Positions 26,001 through 36,150 of a DNA stretch of 64,000 bases are shown piece after piece. The stretch covers positions 5,531,052 through 5,595,051 of the forward strand of contig JAHRHZ010000041.1 of the NCBI GenBank assembly GCA_024137785.1, written 5' to 3'. Position 1 is the stretch's first letter; each line of letters starts with the position of its first letter. The notes beneath the pieces were generated by a model. It ran no database searches, was not told where the DNA came from, and saw only the letters and a program-made list of their open reading frames with translations. Position numbers and translations under genes: made by a program. The stretch is from Ginglymostoma cirratum (Eukaryota).

Positions 26001-29000
26001 TCACCATTCCCAATTTATGGAAGTATATCACCTTAGTTCTTAGACCATAAGATATTGGAGCAGATGTAGGCCATTCAGCCCATCAAGTTATCTCCGCATT
26101 CAATGAGATCATGGCTGATCTGATAATCCTCAACTCCACTTTTCTGCATTTTCCCCTTAACCCTTAATTCCCATACTGATTTAAAATTGATCTATCCCAG
26201 CCTTATATGTATTTAGTAGCACAACCTGTACAACCATAGATTCACATTCCGCTGAGAAAGAAATCCTTTTATCTCACTCTTAAATGGATGATCCCTTGCT
26301 CTGACATTATGCCCTTTGTTCCTAGATTCACCCACAATGTAAACAGCCTCTCTGCATCTTACCCATCTGGTTCACTAATGCCCTTTAGGGAAGGAAACTG
26401 CCATCCTTACCTGGTCTGGCCTACATGTGACTCCAGACCCACAGCAATGTGGTTGACTCTGAACTGCCCTCTGGGCAATTAGGGATGGGCAATAAATGCT
26501 GCCTAGCCAGTGACACACTCATCCCGTGAACGAATAAAGAAAAACTTTCTGCGCTGTGCTTCTTTGTTGGAAAGGTAATTCAGATAGATGTTGTGGATAT
26601 TTTTAAAACCAGTCTTTCTTTTCCACCCTCTCCCCTTTTTATAGAATCAAGTGCAGCGGGAGATAAAATATGCTTTGAAGTCAATGCCATGGATGAGCAT
26701 TCCAACAGTGGCGTTATTCTTTGCAGAGGTCCGAGGTTACAGCAAATTGTACGACTATATCGAGGATTCCCATTATGGTAAATGTTGTTAACAAAACAGG
26801 GAAATGGGAATTCCACATGGGGAAGTGGATTTTGGCCAACATTTCACTTGATTCCCTCACACTGGGCAGCGAGCTGAACCTTGCATTGTTCTTGAAACCT
26901 GAGACCAGGTGACATGGAGCAAGAGTAAGTCATTTTAACCCCTCACATCTGCTCTGTCTTTGTAGTCCATGGCCATAAAAAAACCCTGTCAAGCCCCTTA
27001 AAAATCCTATATTTCAATAAAGTCTCCCTTCATTTTTCTAAACTCCAATGAGTACAAGCCCAACCAACCCAATCTCTCCTCAAAAGAAAATCTCTCCATG
27101 CCCAGAATCAGCCAAGTGAACCTTATCTGGACTGCCTCCAATGCCAGTATATCTTTCCTTAGATAAGGGGCCCAAAATTGTTACAGTATTCCAGAAAACA
27201 AGGTGTGGAGCTGGATGAACACAGCAGGCCAAGCAGCATCATAGGAGCAGGAAAGCAACTATGTTCTGACTTACCTTGGCACAACACTGTTAGATCAATT
27301 CTGCTTCTATAGATGCTGCTGGATGACCTCGGGATCCGCATATCACAAGTGAAGGAACCTCTGTCGCTGCATTCCACTTCAGATATGAGAATGGAGCCAT
27401 TGCCTTGTCCAATGTCACCCATCCACTGCAGTCTCGGGGAGAATACACTGTCCTGCACAATCACACTGAGGTTTTGGTAGTGAAAGAAAATCTGTGTCGG
27501 AATCAACAAAGAAGTTAACTAAAGATTAAGCATAGCATTTGATAGAGCAAAACACCCTTTACATACTCCCCGTCAAACACTCCCAGGCCAGGGACAGTAT
27601 AGGGTTAGATACAGAATAAAGCTGCCTCTACACTGTCCCCATCAAACACTCCCAGGCCAGGTACAGTAAGAGGTTTGTTCAGAGTAGAGCTTTCTCTACA
27701 CAGTCCTTATCAAACTCTCCCAGGGCAGGGATGGCACAAGGTAAGATACAGAGTAAAGCTCCTTCTGCACTGTCCCCATCAAACACCCCCAGGCCAGGCA
27801 CATCACTCAATGGATCTACAATTAAATTAATTGATCTCATTGAAACTAAATTGAAACTGAACTCTAAAGAAGTGCAGATTAGTGACAAGGTTCCAACACC
27901 AGTCACTTCACAATTTCCCCTCAGCTGGAGAGCAGCACAGTTCATTGTACAGTCCTTGGTTAACTGTTTTCTGATGCATTCAATGTGAAAACATCTCTAA
28001 CAAACATATTCCATATACTAACCAATCAACACTCTCTTGTTGGCCATTATTGATTGTTGTAGCCTTTGAGAATTGGTACTCTTGTGATTCTATCCTGATT
28101 TTAGTGCAAGACAAGAAACTTTGATAAAATGCAATACACAGCCCATTATCTTAATGACGTCAGGGATGGTTTCTATGGAAGTGGAACGATGTCTGCAAAA
28201 TGAGCTGAGAAATCAAACCTCACTTGCAGAAACCTGTTTCAATTACAGGATAAAATAAGTTAGGCCAAACAAGTTCACTAACTAAAGTGTGTCAATGATA
28301 GTGGGCTGAGGCAACATGAACTGACAGAGAAGGCTGTTATGGGTGGTATCACTGCATAGTCTCTGATTGATGGTAGTGGTCTTGTTACTCTTAGGATCAT
28401 AGAGTCCCTACACTCTGCCCATCAGGTCCACACTGACCCCCCCACAAAGAGCACCTCACCCAGACCCACCCCACCCCAGTAACCCTGCACCTCCCATAGC
28501 TAATCCACTTAACCTGTACAGTATAGGACAATTTAGCATGGCCAATCCACTTAATCTGCACATCTTTGGAATGTGGGAGGAAATCAGCACACCCAGCAGA
28601 ACCTCACACAGACACGGGGAGAATGGGCAAACTCCACACAGAGACAGTCACCTGAGGGTAGGATTGAACCTGGGTCCTTAGTACTGTGAGGCAGCAGTGC
28701 TAACCACTGAGCTACCATACCACCCACTTCTCTGGTCTTGCCTGGTCATCCAGCACATTACTATCGAGAAACAGCTGTGAGGAAGGGTCACCGGACCCGA
28801 AACGTTAACTCTGTTTTTTCCTTCACAGATGCTGCCAGACCTGCTGAGCTTTTCCAGCAACTTCTGTTTTTGTTCCTGATTTACAGCATCCACAGTTCTT
28901 TTGGTTTTAATTACTATCAGAAGTTGGTTAGCTCAGTTGGCTAGTTGGCTGGTTGGCTGGTTGGTGATGCAGAATGATACCAACAGCATGCGTTTGATTC

Positions 29001-32000
29001 CTGTATTGGCTGGGTTACCATGAAGGACTCTCCTCCACAATCTCTTCCCGTAGTCTGAGGTACACTGATCCTCATGTCAAACCACCACCAGCTGTGTGTC
29101 TCTCTAATGAAAGAGTGGGGCTACAGTGGCTTTACTTTCACTGTTAATTCAGTTATAGCTGTTCACAGTAAATCTGAAAGAGTGGAAACACTCTGTCTGT
29201 AACTTACTGAAACTATTGTGAACTCTGTGTTGCTGAAATGCTGTGATGTGACAGTGAATGAACATCGGTGTAGTCTTTTTGAGAGGGAACATAATTAGAG
29301 CAATCACCCAGTGATTTATGCTTGTTTAGAATGTGCTTTGGTGCACAGTTTCTGCAGATTCTGTGTAAAATTTCCCAGGGATTGCTGAAAGCTCTGGATG
29401 ACAACATCGCTGCCCTAAATGGTAACAGCTGTTGCCACATTTGATTGAAAGACAAGTTATAAACCATGTTGGTAAAATGCAGCCACTGAGATCGACAGAG
29501 AGCTCTGGAGCACATCACTCACCAAGACCTCCTCGGTATCACTGTCAGGGCTGTGCAACCATTCCAATTTGATGTTGTGCTGTTGAACATCAGTTTGGTA
29601 TTCGAGTTTGCAGTCCAAACGTAACTCCATTCCCTCCTCTACAACCAAGGATTTCGGGGTAGAGATACCAATCGCTAACGTGGAGCAGATACCTGAAGGA
29701 TAGAAACCAACACCCAATACCCATTGATGGGTAGAAGCCTCAGTACCTGGGCTGACAGGCAGTGGATTGATTCCCACTTTTGGTGACGTTACACTAGCTA
29801 TCCTTTAGGCTGTACATAAACTACACAGACACCTTTGAGTCAGAGAGACATACAGCACAGAAACAGGTCCTTTGGTCCAATTCATCCATCCTGACCAGAC
29901 ATCCTAATCTGAGCTGGTCCTTTTTACCAGCATTTGGCCTGTATTCATGTACCCATTCAGATACCTTTTAAATGTTATAATTGTACCCGCCTCCACACTT
30001 GCCCTGGCAGCTCGTTCCATACATACGCTAATCTCTGCATGAAAATGTTACACTTCAGGTCCTTTTTAAATCTTTCCCCTCTCACCTTAACCCTATTTGA
30101 GTAGATTCCAGACCATAAATCTCTCCTGGGTATCCGTTATTCTATGTATAAACCATAGAAACTCCACAATTAGATTCAAGGCTGGAAATCTCTCTTGGGT
30201 ACAAATCCCTGAACCCTGTGATTAGATTCCAGACTATCACTCTCTGCTGCATATCTGTCATTCAATGTATAAACCACACAACCTTCTTGATTAGATTTCA
30301 GTCTCTAACATGCTCCCGGGTATATACTGTCCCCAACGTAAACTGTCTGGACCCTGCAAATACATTCCAGCCTGTATGACACAAATTATAGTATCTGTTT
30401 CTGAGCACAAACCGTAACAGTTATTAGCCACGAATATATTCATTAGCATTAATTACAGCCAAGGAGGTGATAACTATGAAGCTCAGTAACCACATTTGCA
30501 CAATATATGACAAAGAGCAGTGGTCACGAATCTGCTCCCTGGAAACATGACTGCAGACATCCATTGGTCTGTAAATCAACCACTAATCACTGCCTTTAAC
30601 TTTTCTAACAAGTCTATGGTGTTGCCCTTTATCAAACAGCATTTCCAATGCCACCCCTCTCATCAATCCTTCGACTTATGTTGTCAAAGAATTCAGTCAA
30701 ACTCATGATTTACCTCGGCTGGTGTTTATTTATTATTTTAATAAATGAAAGCTAGTTGACGTTGTCCCTGCCAGCAATATTTATTTTAAAAAGATCCCGC
30801 AGACCTTCCTGCACAGAGTAAGAGAAGTTTGCATAAAAGAATCCAAGTTGCAAAACCTGAGCCAAAGCCACAAAGCTACCCGATTTACTATACCGTATGA
30901 GATGTGGAAACCCTGTCAAGGCAGAGCCCGTCTTTAGTACCACCGGCCAGAATAATCGAGCTTCATTTAGGGTTAAATTGCTTCACGATATTAAAACTAT
31001 CGCGAATTGAAGTCAGCTGGGTGCAAAAAGGGGAACTGTGGGTATGCATACGATTGCCAGGCAAGGTGGTGAACCTTCAGGCCTGGCTTCCTCTTTCCAT
31101 CAAAATTAATGCTCTCCTGTGCAGCAAAGCAACTGCGTCGGACATTTCAATGATGCTCCTTCAGTGTGAGTCTCAGCAAAGAGACAGCTGGGATCATATC
31201 TATCAGCGTCTGTACAGAACCTGGACAGATCGTACAAAGGATACGATTTGTGGAACTCAGCAAAGATCTTAAAAACCTTGCATCCAAGCCATGATATCTT
31301 TGTCTCATTAGAGTTTAGGAGAGAAAGCTGTCCCAGGAGAAGTGGAATGGGTTTGTAGTCTGTGCAGTTTACAAGAAGGAGGTGATGCCATTGAAGTATA
31401 AGTTTAGATGGGACTTTCCTGCCTAAAAGTAACAGGAAAGGTGGTGGATGGGCGATTACTGTGGTGAGTTGATGCCAACAAGCTACCTGCCCCTACCCTC
31501 CAATGTTTTGGGGGTAGTTTCATGGGCAACCTTTCTGACCCTGACCAATTGAGGCCTTTAAAGGGTTAATTAATGGCATCTTTAAGGGCCTCAAACTGCC
31601 CAATCAACTTTGTCTCAACAGGAGAGAAAAATGGCAATCTTCTCACTTGTTACAATGAGGTAGATCACCAGCTGCAGTTGGGGGTGGGGCGTGAGGGAGT
31701 GGGGAGGTGGTGGGAGGGGGTTGGGGGGTTGGGGGCGGGGGACAGGCAATCAAGACATAAATGAAGGTCAAAGGGTTACAGCTTAAAGCCATCAATGGTC
31801 CCAGTCCTTTGTGCTGCTGCTCGGCCAGACAGGCAGAGACTTAATTGGGCAAGACATCACTGGAGATGGTGGGGGTGGGGGGGATGGGTATCTCTCAATC
31901 CTAGAGGTACTCGCTCTCACAGTTGGTATTAAAAAATGGAAAGTTCTGGCCATAACATTCTTAGGGATAAGGCGGTTGCTATAGGGAGTTGCTGTGAGAC

Positions 32001-34237
32001 TGTCTTCCCATTAGCTGGAGAATCTAGTTGAGGGTAGGGCAAAGGCCATTTAGCCACTGAGCTGAGGAGAAATGCCTCAAGTCAAAAGGAATATGGATCC
32101 TTGGAATTCTCTATCGCAGAGAACCGTGGAGTCTATATTCAGGATCAGGATGAATAGAGTTCTGGGTACTGAGGCAACCAAAGAATATGAGGTTAGAGTT
32201 AGAAAGTGGAATTGAGATAAAAGATAAAATCTCATTGAATGGAGGAACAAGTTCAATGGGCTGAACGGCCAATTCCTGCTCCAATTTCTTATTGTCTTGT
32301 GTATGAGGTGACTCAGTAGAGGTGTTTAAAGTTATGAAAGGAAGAAACAGAGTAGACAGAAACAGAGGGTCTTTTTCTAACATAATTTCACTGGTGGAAA
32401 TTCCAGAGAATGGGAAGGAATGTCCAACATTGTTTGTTGACTTTAATGAAGAGTAAACTCAGGCATAGTCTAAAATCAGCATTGATCCCAATGCCTTTAA
32501 TTTCCCTATGGTGGGTCCTAATTACCCCCAGAGTGTTTCCAGTGATTGAGGGGTCTTGAATGAAAAGATATCAATGTGAGATTAAATGAAAGAGATTTAG
32601 AAAAAGACAGCAGGAAAATATCTCTCAATTGTTATTCGAGGCAGTTGTGACAGTGTAAATTTCACTAACAAAAATAACAATTGAAACGAAAACAGTGTTT
32701 ATATTTAAAAATACAAATACTGGAGGACTGGAGGATAGGGAGCTAATGTATAGGGAAATAGGACACAGAACAGTGGGTAACAACGTTACCTCAGTATGGC
32801 TACAAGTTGTGGGTTCAAGTCCCACTCACGATTTGAACACAAATGTTGTGGCTGACATTTCGGTGCAGTATGAGGGAGTGCCGCAATGTAGGAGGTGCTG
32901 TTTTTCAGATGATTTGTTAAAATGAGACCCCAATGGACCTGGAAGATTCCAAAGAAGAGTAGAGGTGCTCTTCTCAGTGTCATGGTCAATATTTATCCCT
33001 CAACCAACATCAATAAAAAGATTGTTATCGAATTGCTCAGAGATAGTAAGAACTGCCAATGCTGGAGTCAGAGATAACACAGTGTGGAGCTGGAAGAACA
33101 CAGCAGGCCAGGCAGCATCAGAGGAGCAGGAAAGCTGACATTTTGGGTCAAGACCCTTCTTCAGAAATGAGGAAGAATTCTGAAAAAGGGTCCCAACCCG
33201 AAACATCAGCTTCCTTGCTCCTCTGATGCAGCCTGACCTGCTGTGTTGCTCCAGCTCCACACTGTGTTATCAAATTGCTGTTTGTGGGAGATTGCTGTGT
33301 GTAAATTGACTTCAGTGTTTCCAATTTGACAACATCAGCTATGGTTAAAAATACTTCTTTGGTTGCAGAGCATCTGGGATGTTCTCAGGTCATGAAAACT
33401 GCCACAGAAATATAAGAGATAACAAGGTGCAGAGCTGGATGAACACAGCAGGCCAAGCAGCATGATAGGAGCAGGAAAGCTTGACGTTTTGGGCCTAGAC
33501 CCTTCATCAGAAATGGGGGAGGGGAAGAGGTTTCTGAAATAAATAGGGAGAGAGGCGGAGGCGGATCTTTTACCTCTGTGCCTCCTTTTGTCAATACTGA
33601 CCCTTCAAAACTGGGTCTTCCTGGATTTATGAGGTTCCATATCACACTTAGCTAGGTCTTCCCACCTTCCCATTCATCTCTGTCTTCAAAACCTAACGGT
33701 ACCCTCATCAAAAACAGAAATTTCCAGGGAAACTGAGTAGGTCTGGCACATCTGTGGAGAAAGAGACAGTTAATGTTTCAAGTTCAGAACCAGTTAACTG
33801 TACTTTCTCTCCACAGATACCACCAGACCTGTTGAATTCCTGTTTTTATTTCAGGTTTTCAAAATCCAAGGTGCTTTGTTTTAATTTAGTGCACTGGAAA
33901 TCCATCTCTGCTTGCAGCTATGAAAATGGCTCACCAATTCAGCCTAATCTGAGCTGCTGGTCCCACTGTTCAACTCATTAAGCCCATACTTATAAAGATT
34001 CTATGCAGCTGAATGGACCGATGATGACTGTTGGGTGGGGTTTGGTGTTTAGAGGTGGGTGAACCATATATCAAAACCTCCAAGAATGTAAAAGACCACA
34101 GTCAGCAATCCCAGCCCCAATTACAGCTGTGAATCAGAACCCTCTGCCTAATTCGGGCCATTTTTCCATCAGTGTTTCCAATAAACAAAGCACTTACCAC
34201 AGAATATGAGAGATGACAGGAGCAAGAGGAGATCCAT
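19900..34237 (-). CDS. JAML: Junctional adhesion molecule-like (JAML/AMICA1-like) type I Ig receptor, join(34237-34198,29692-29523,27491-27275,24062-23909,23801-23771,21885-21760,20028-19900), 867 nt, 288 aa
   Basis: Spliced product: MDLLLLLSSLIFCG|ICSTLAIGISTPKSLVVEEGMELRLDCKLEY...KLEWLHSPDSDTEEVL|IFFHYQNLSV...PRLQWMGDIGQGNGSILISEVECSDRGSFTCDMR...DLTVLCQ|DTKRTRSLRPSMLVEAVPKNIIIYTTAAGVIIFFVTLILGSTWKKWSIRSQR|RYPGGLEDSE|EIARYVTV...EEETYVTM|RSILQ...HWKF*. All junctions are GT-AG with consistent phases. The V domain resembles JAML (YYSNLSV, RVHLMGD..NDGS), and YVTM parallels the JAML YMTM motif. Confidence 0.82.
20147..20460 (-). mobile_element. CR1 3' end in the last JAML-like intron
   Basis: (CCATAAGA)n tail and GGCCATTCGGCCCATCAAGTCTGCTCCACCATTCA. 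Confidence 0.8.
21008..21428 (+). repeat. 34-bp G-rich minisatellite (GGGATTGAGGGATACAGTGGGAAGGTGAGTGGGT), ~12 copies
   Basis: Direct tandem periodicity. Confidence 0.9.
21760..21885 (-). CDS. JAML: JAML-like cytoplasmic exon with YVTV and YVTM motifs
   Basis: Branch point CACTAAC then CATCAG|GAA ATA...; ends TAT GTA ACA ATG|GTAATA. Confidence 0.8.
23365..23662 (+). mobile_element. HE1/V-SINE
   Basis: Head, V domain and GATTCTATGA tail. Confidence 0.88.
23771..23801 (-). CDS. JAML: JAML-like 31-nt cytoplasmic exon
   Basis: Phase 2-to-0 exon needed to join the TM exon to the next exon; AAGCAG|A AGA TAT...GAG|GTAAGG. Confidence 0.7.
23909..24062 (-). CDS. JAML: JAML-like transmembrane exon
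   Basis: TTCCTTCAG|AC ACC...; IIIYTTAAGVIIFFVTLILG followed by WKKW; donor AG|GTACGT. Confidence 0.86.
24500..25550 (-). mobile_element. Young 5'-truncated CR1 LINE with an uninterrupted ORF2 C-terminus
   Basis: ORF 24590-25588: [58 protein letters not shown]; (CATAGAA)n tail; CpGs retained. Confidence 0.95.
26361..26545 (+). mobile_element. 5'-truncated SINE directly preceding the captured SC5D segment
   Basis: Same family as 975-1338; tail CATCCCGTGAACGAATAAAGAAAAA. Confidence 0.85.
26546..26973 (+). pseudogene. SC5D: Inverted duplicate of SC5D 44122-44549 (intron + 133-nt exon at 26645-26777 + intron) inside a JAML-like intron
   Basis: 428 bp, 4 substitutions by manual comparison and none in the exon. 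AG/GT splice sites are intact on the + strand. Confidence 0.95.
27275..27491 (-). CDS. JAML: JAML-like Ig V domain, second half
   Basis: ACAG|ATT TTC...; RLQWMGD..NGSILI..DRGSFTC (DxGxY/FxC motif); donor G|GTAAGT. Confidence 0.9.
27560..27800 (-). repeat. Inverted array of the ~67-bp minisatellite
   Basis: CTGTCCCCATCAAACACTCCCAGG...GATACAGAGTAAAGCT units. Confidence 0.8.
28395..28720 (-). mobile_element. HE1/V-SINE
   Basis: Antisense head and V domain. Confidence 0.85.
28925..29140 (+). mobile_element. tRNA-derived SINE of a further family; related copies at 38335-38500(-) and 57000-57190(-)
   Basis: TAGCTCAGTTGG head and AAACCACCACCAG...CTCTAATGA.AGAG core. Confidence 0.6.
29523..29692 (-). 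CDS. JAML: JAML-like Ig V domain, first half
   Basis: TTCAG|GT ATC...; B-strand Cys (LRLDC) and C-strand Trp (KLEW); donor TTG|GTGAGT. Confidence 0.88.
29838..30095 (-). mobile_element. CR1 3' end
   Basis: Same subfamily as 2069-2510. Confidence 0.75.
30100..30380 (+). repeat. Degenerate ~50-70-bp tandem repeat (ATTAGATTCCAG...TATAAACC)
   Basis: TAGATTCCAG-like words recur about five times. Confidence 0.6.
32780..33415 (+). mobile_element. DeuSINE interrupted by a PLE hairpin (33038-33271)
   Basis: tRNA head GGGTTCAAGTCCCACTC, GAGGGAGTGCCGCA, AATATTTATCCCTCAACCAACATC. Confidence 0.75.
33038..33271 (-). mobile_element. PLE-derived hairpin mini-element
   Basis: Inverted arms; TGTTATC(G/A)AATTGCT duplicated at 33023 and 33265. 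Confidence 0.85.
34198..34237 (-). CDS. JAML: JAML-like signal-peptide exon (exon starts at 34252)
   Basis: CCATAG|GTGAGGAACAGTGAA ATG GAT CTC CTC TTG CTC CTG...TGT G|GTAAGT; hydrophobic MDLLLLLSSLIFC; phase 1 matches the next exon. Confidence 0.8.
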
Positions 34238-35138
34238 TTCACTGTTCCTCACCTATGGAGAGAAAGTTAATTCAGTGAAATAACAACTTGCATTTTCAAA
34301 GCTCCTTCGACATAATAAACCATCCCTCGGTAATCTGCAGGGACGCTATCAAATAAAAATTGACCGTCAAACAAAATTTAACTCACATTTGACATAAATA
34401 AATATCGTGACAGCCAACCAGAACCTTAGTCATAGAGGTATGCTTTAAATAGTGCCTGACAAGAGGAAGTGAAGAGGGAATTTCAGAGTTCGGGTATGGC
34501 TGCCAATAGTGAAACAAAGAAAATAAAAGCTGCGCAAGACGCCAGAATTGGAGGAACACAGAGATTTTAAACGATTTGGGGGCTGGAGAAGTTTAAACAG
34601 ATAAGGAGGAGGTGAGGCCGTAGAGGAATTTGAAATCAAAGATGAGAACCTTGAAGTGGTAGCACTGCCAGGCTCAAAATAGGTCTGTGAGCAAAGGTAG
34701 CGATGTGATGGTGGAGCAGGACTTGGAACAAGCAGAGAACTAGGCAGCAGAAATTCAAATGAACAGTTTATACAGGGTGGAAAAGACAGCAAAAGTATAA
34801 CGACCAGAGATAAAGTGCTCAAATGGTGATTGTGGCTAATCATCAGTCCAATGTAGAATGATGTCCATTGACAGATTAGTTCTTTTTTCAGGCTGAACAT
34901 TTTGGTCCCTATGGAGATGTAGGTTACTGGGCTTAGAGTTTCCTTGAACTCATCCAGACCAGGTTCCTTTCTGAATCCCTGTGAGTGCTGCTAGACAGGG
35001 AATCATTGCAGGGTCAAGGGGTGGAGAGCATTGACTTGCAATATCTCCCAAAGTCAAATATCTTCTGACACATCATTGCAGGCTGAAATGTGAAAAATAA
35101 TTGTTAACGAGGCTCTGGGGAAGAGACAACTATAAAGT

Positions 35139-35295
35139 GAGTCAGCAACTTCAGGACAGGAGGGAGACCCCGTACCCCAGTGAGAGTCAGCACCTTCAGG
35201 AGAGGAGGGAGACCCCGTACCCAGTGAGAGTCAGCACCTTCAGGACAGGAGGGAGACCCCGTACCCCAGTGAGAGTTAGCACCTTCAGGAGAGGA
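35139..35295 (+). repeat. 44-45-bp tandem repeat (GAGTCAGCACCTTCAGGACAGGAGGGAGACCCCGTACCCCAGTGA), ~3.4 copies
   Basis: Near-identical direct repeats. Confidence 0.9.
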
Positions 35296-35956
35296 AGGAG
35301 GAAATTGAGGCACAGACAGTGATGTTCCAGAATGAAAGAGAGTGGAGGCAGCTACGTTCCATCTCGTGAGACTTTCACAAACTAAATGAAAGAAATCTTT
35401 GAATACGTTGAATCGGTTAATCAATTGCAAAAAGCAGCAGTGGATGAGAATGTATTGATCTGTTTTGATTTTTTCCTATAACCAACTCCATAGTTCACAG
35501 TTCATTAAACAATAAACACAGGAGTTGGCTATTTTGTCTTCAAGCCTGCTCCATTATTAAACACAATCACGGCTGATCTTGCCCCTCAACTCCATATTCC
35601 CACTCTATTCCCATTTCCCTTCATCCCATCAACATCCAAAAATCTATCAACCTCTGTCTCAAATACAGCCAAAAAACATAGAAGCTACAACCCACAGATA
35701 GATACACCAACACTCATTAACAGCACTATAAAATAATCACTATAATTGTAAAGAATAATTGAGAGTGAGAGAAAAACGTCATTATACTCAGGATCATTCC
35801 GCCAAACATCCATCTTACACACTAATTTGGATTTTAACCCTGTGCTATTTCTGGCAGGTTAAAATAGAACCTATCAATGAGAACAGAAATCTCTGATTAA
35901 CAGCTAATTCACTTTTCCTACAACATGTTTCTGTTTCAGAGCAAGATGGAACTTAC

Positions 35957-36150
35957 AATCCGCAGTCAATATTCCAGTATAATTGCTATGATTCTGTTGC
36001 CAATGCTTCATCTGTGCAGCCTGCTTTTGGTCTTCCTCCTGAGCAGCACCCTGTTCTGTTTCCCTGCGAGTATTAAATTGCTGGTCATGTCATACTGTTG
36101 TTCCTCAATTCACTTTAGGGCCCAGGAAACCGCACTGTGGAAGTGAAGGG
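35957..36150 (-). promoter_or_regulatory. Candidate JAML-like non-coding first exon and promoter
   Basis: Strong donor ATT|GTAAGT at 35956 in non-repetitive DNA upstream of the signal-peptide exon, which has its own acceptor. ETS/IRF-like GGAAGTGAA and RUNX-like ACCGCA motifs near 36130-36147. Confidence 0.35.

Larger units (their letters stand above)
26041..27195 (-). mobile_element. CR1 3' fragment split at ACCC by a SINE plus SC5D-exon insertion (CR1 parts 26041-26364 and 26983-27195)
   Basis: ...CTCTGCATCTTACCC and ACCCTGTCAAGCCCC... are contiguous in CR1 sequence; compare the antisense CR1 at 55900-55990. Confidence 0.85.

Noticed and set aside
26645-26777. Second SC5D gene or SC5D-JAML fusion exon
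   Set aside because: Only one exon is duplicated, no other + strand SC5D exons exist, and it is antisense to JAML.
29213-29522. Read-through of the Ig exon suggesting a pseudogene with stops
   Set aside because: The GTGAGT donor at 29522 splices in frame to 27491; the stops are intronic.
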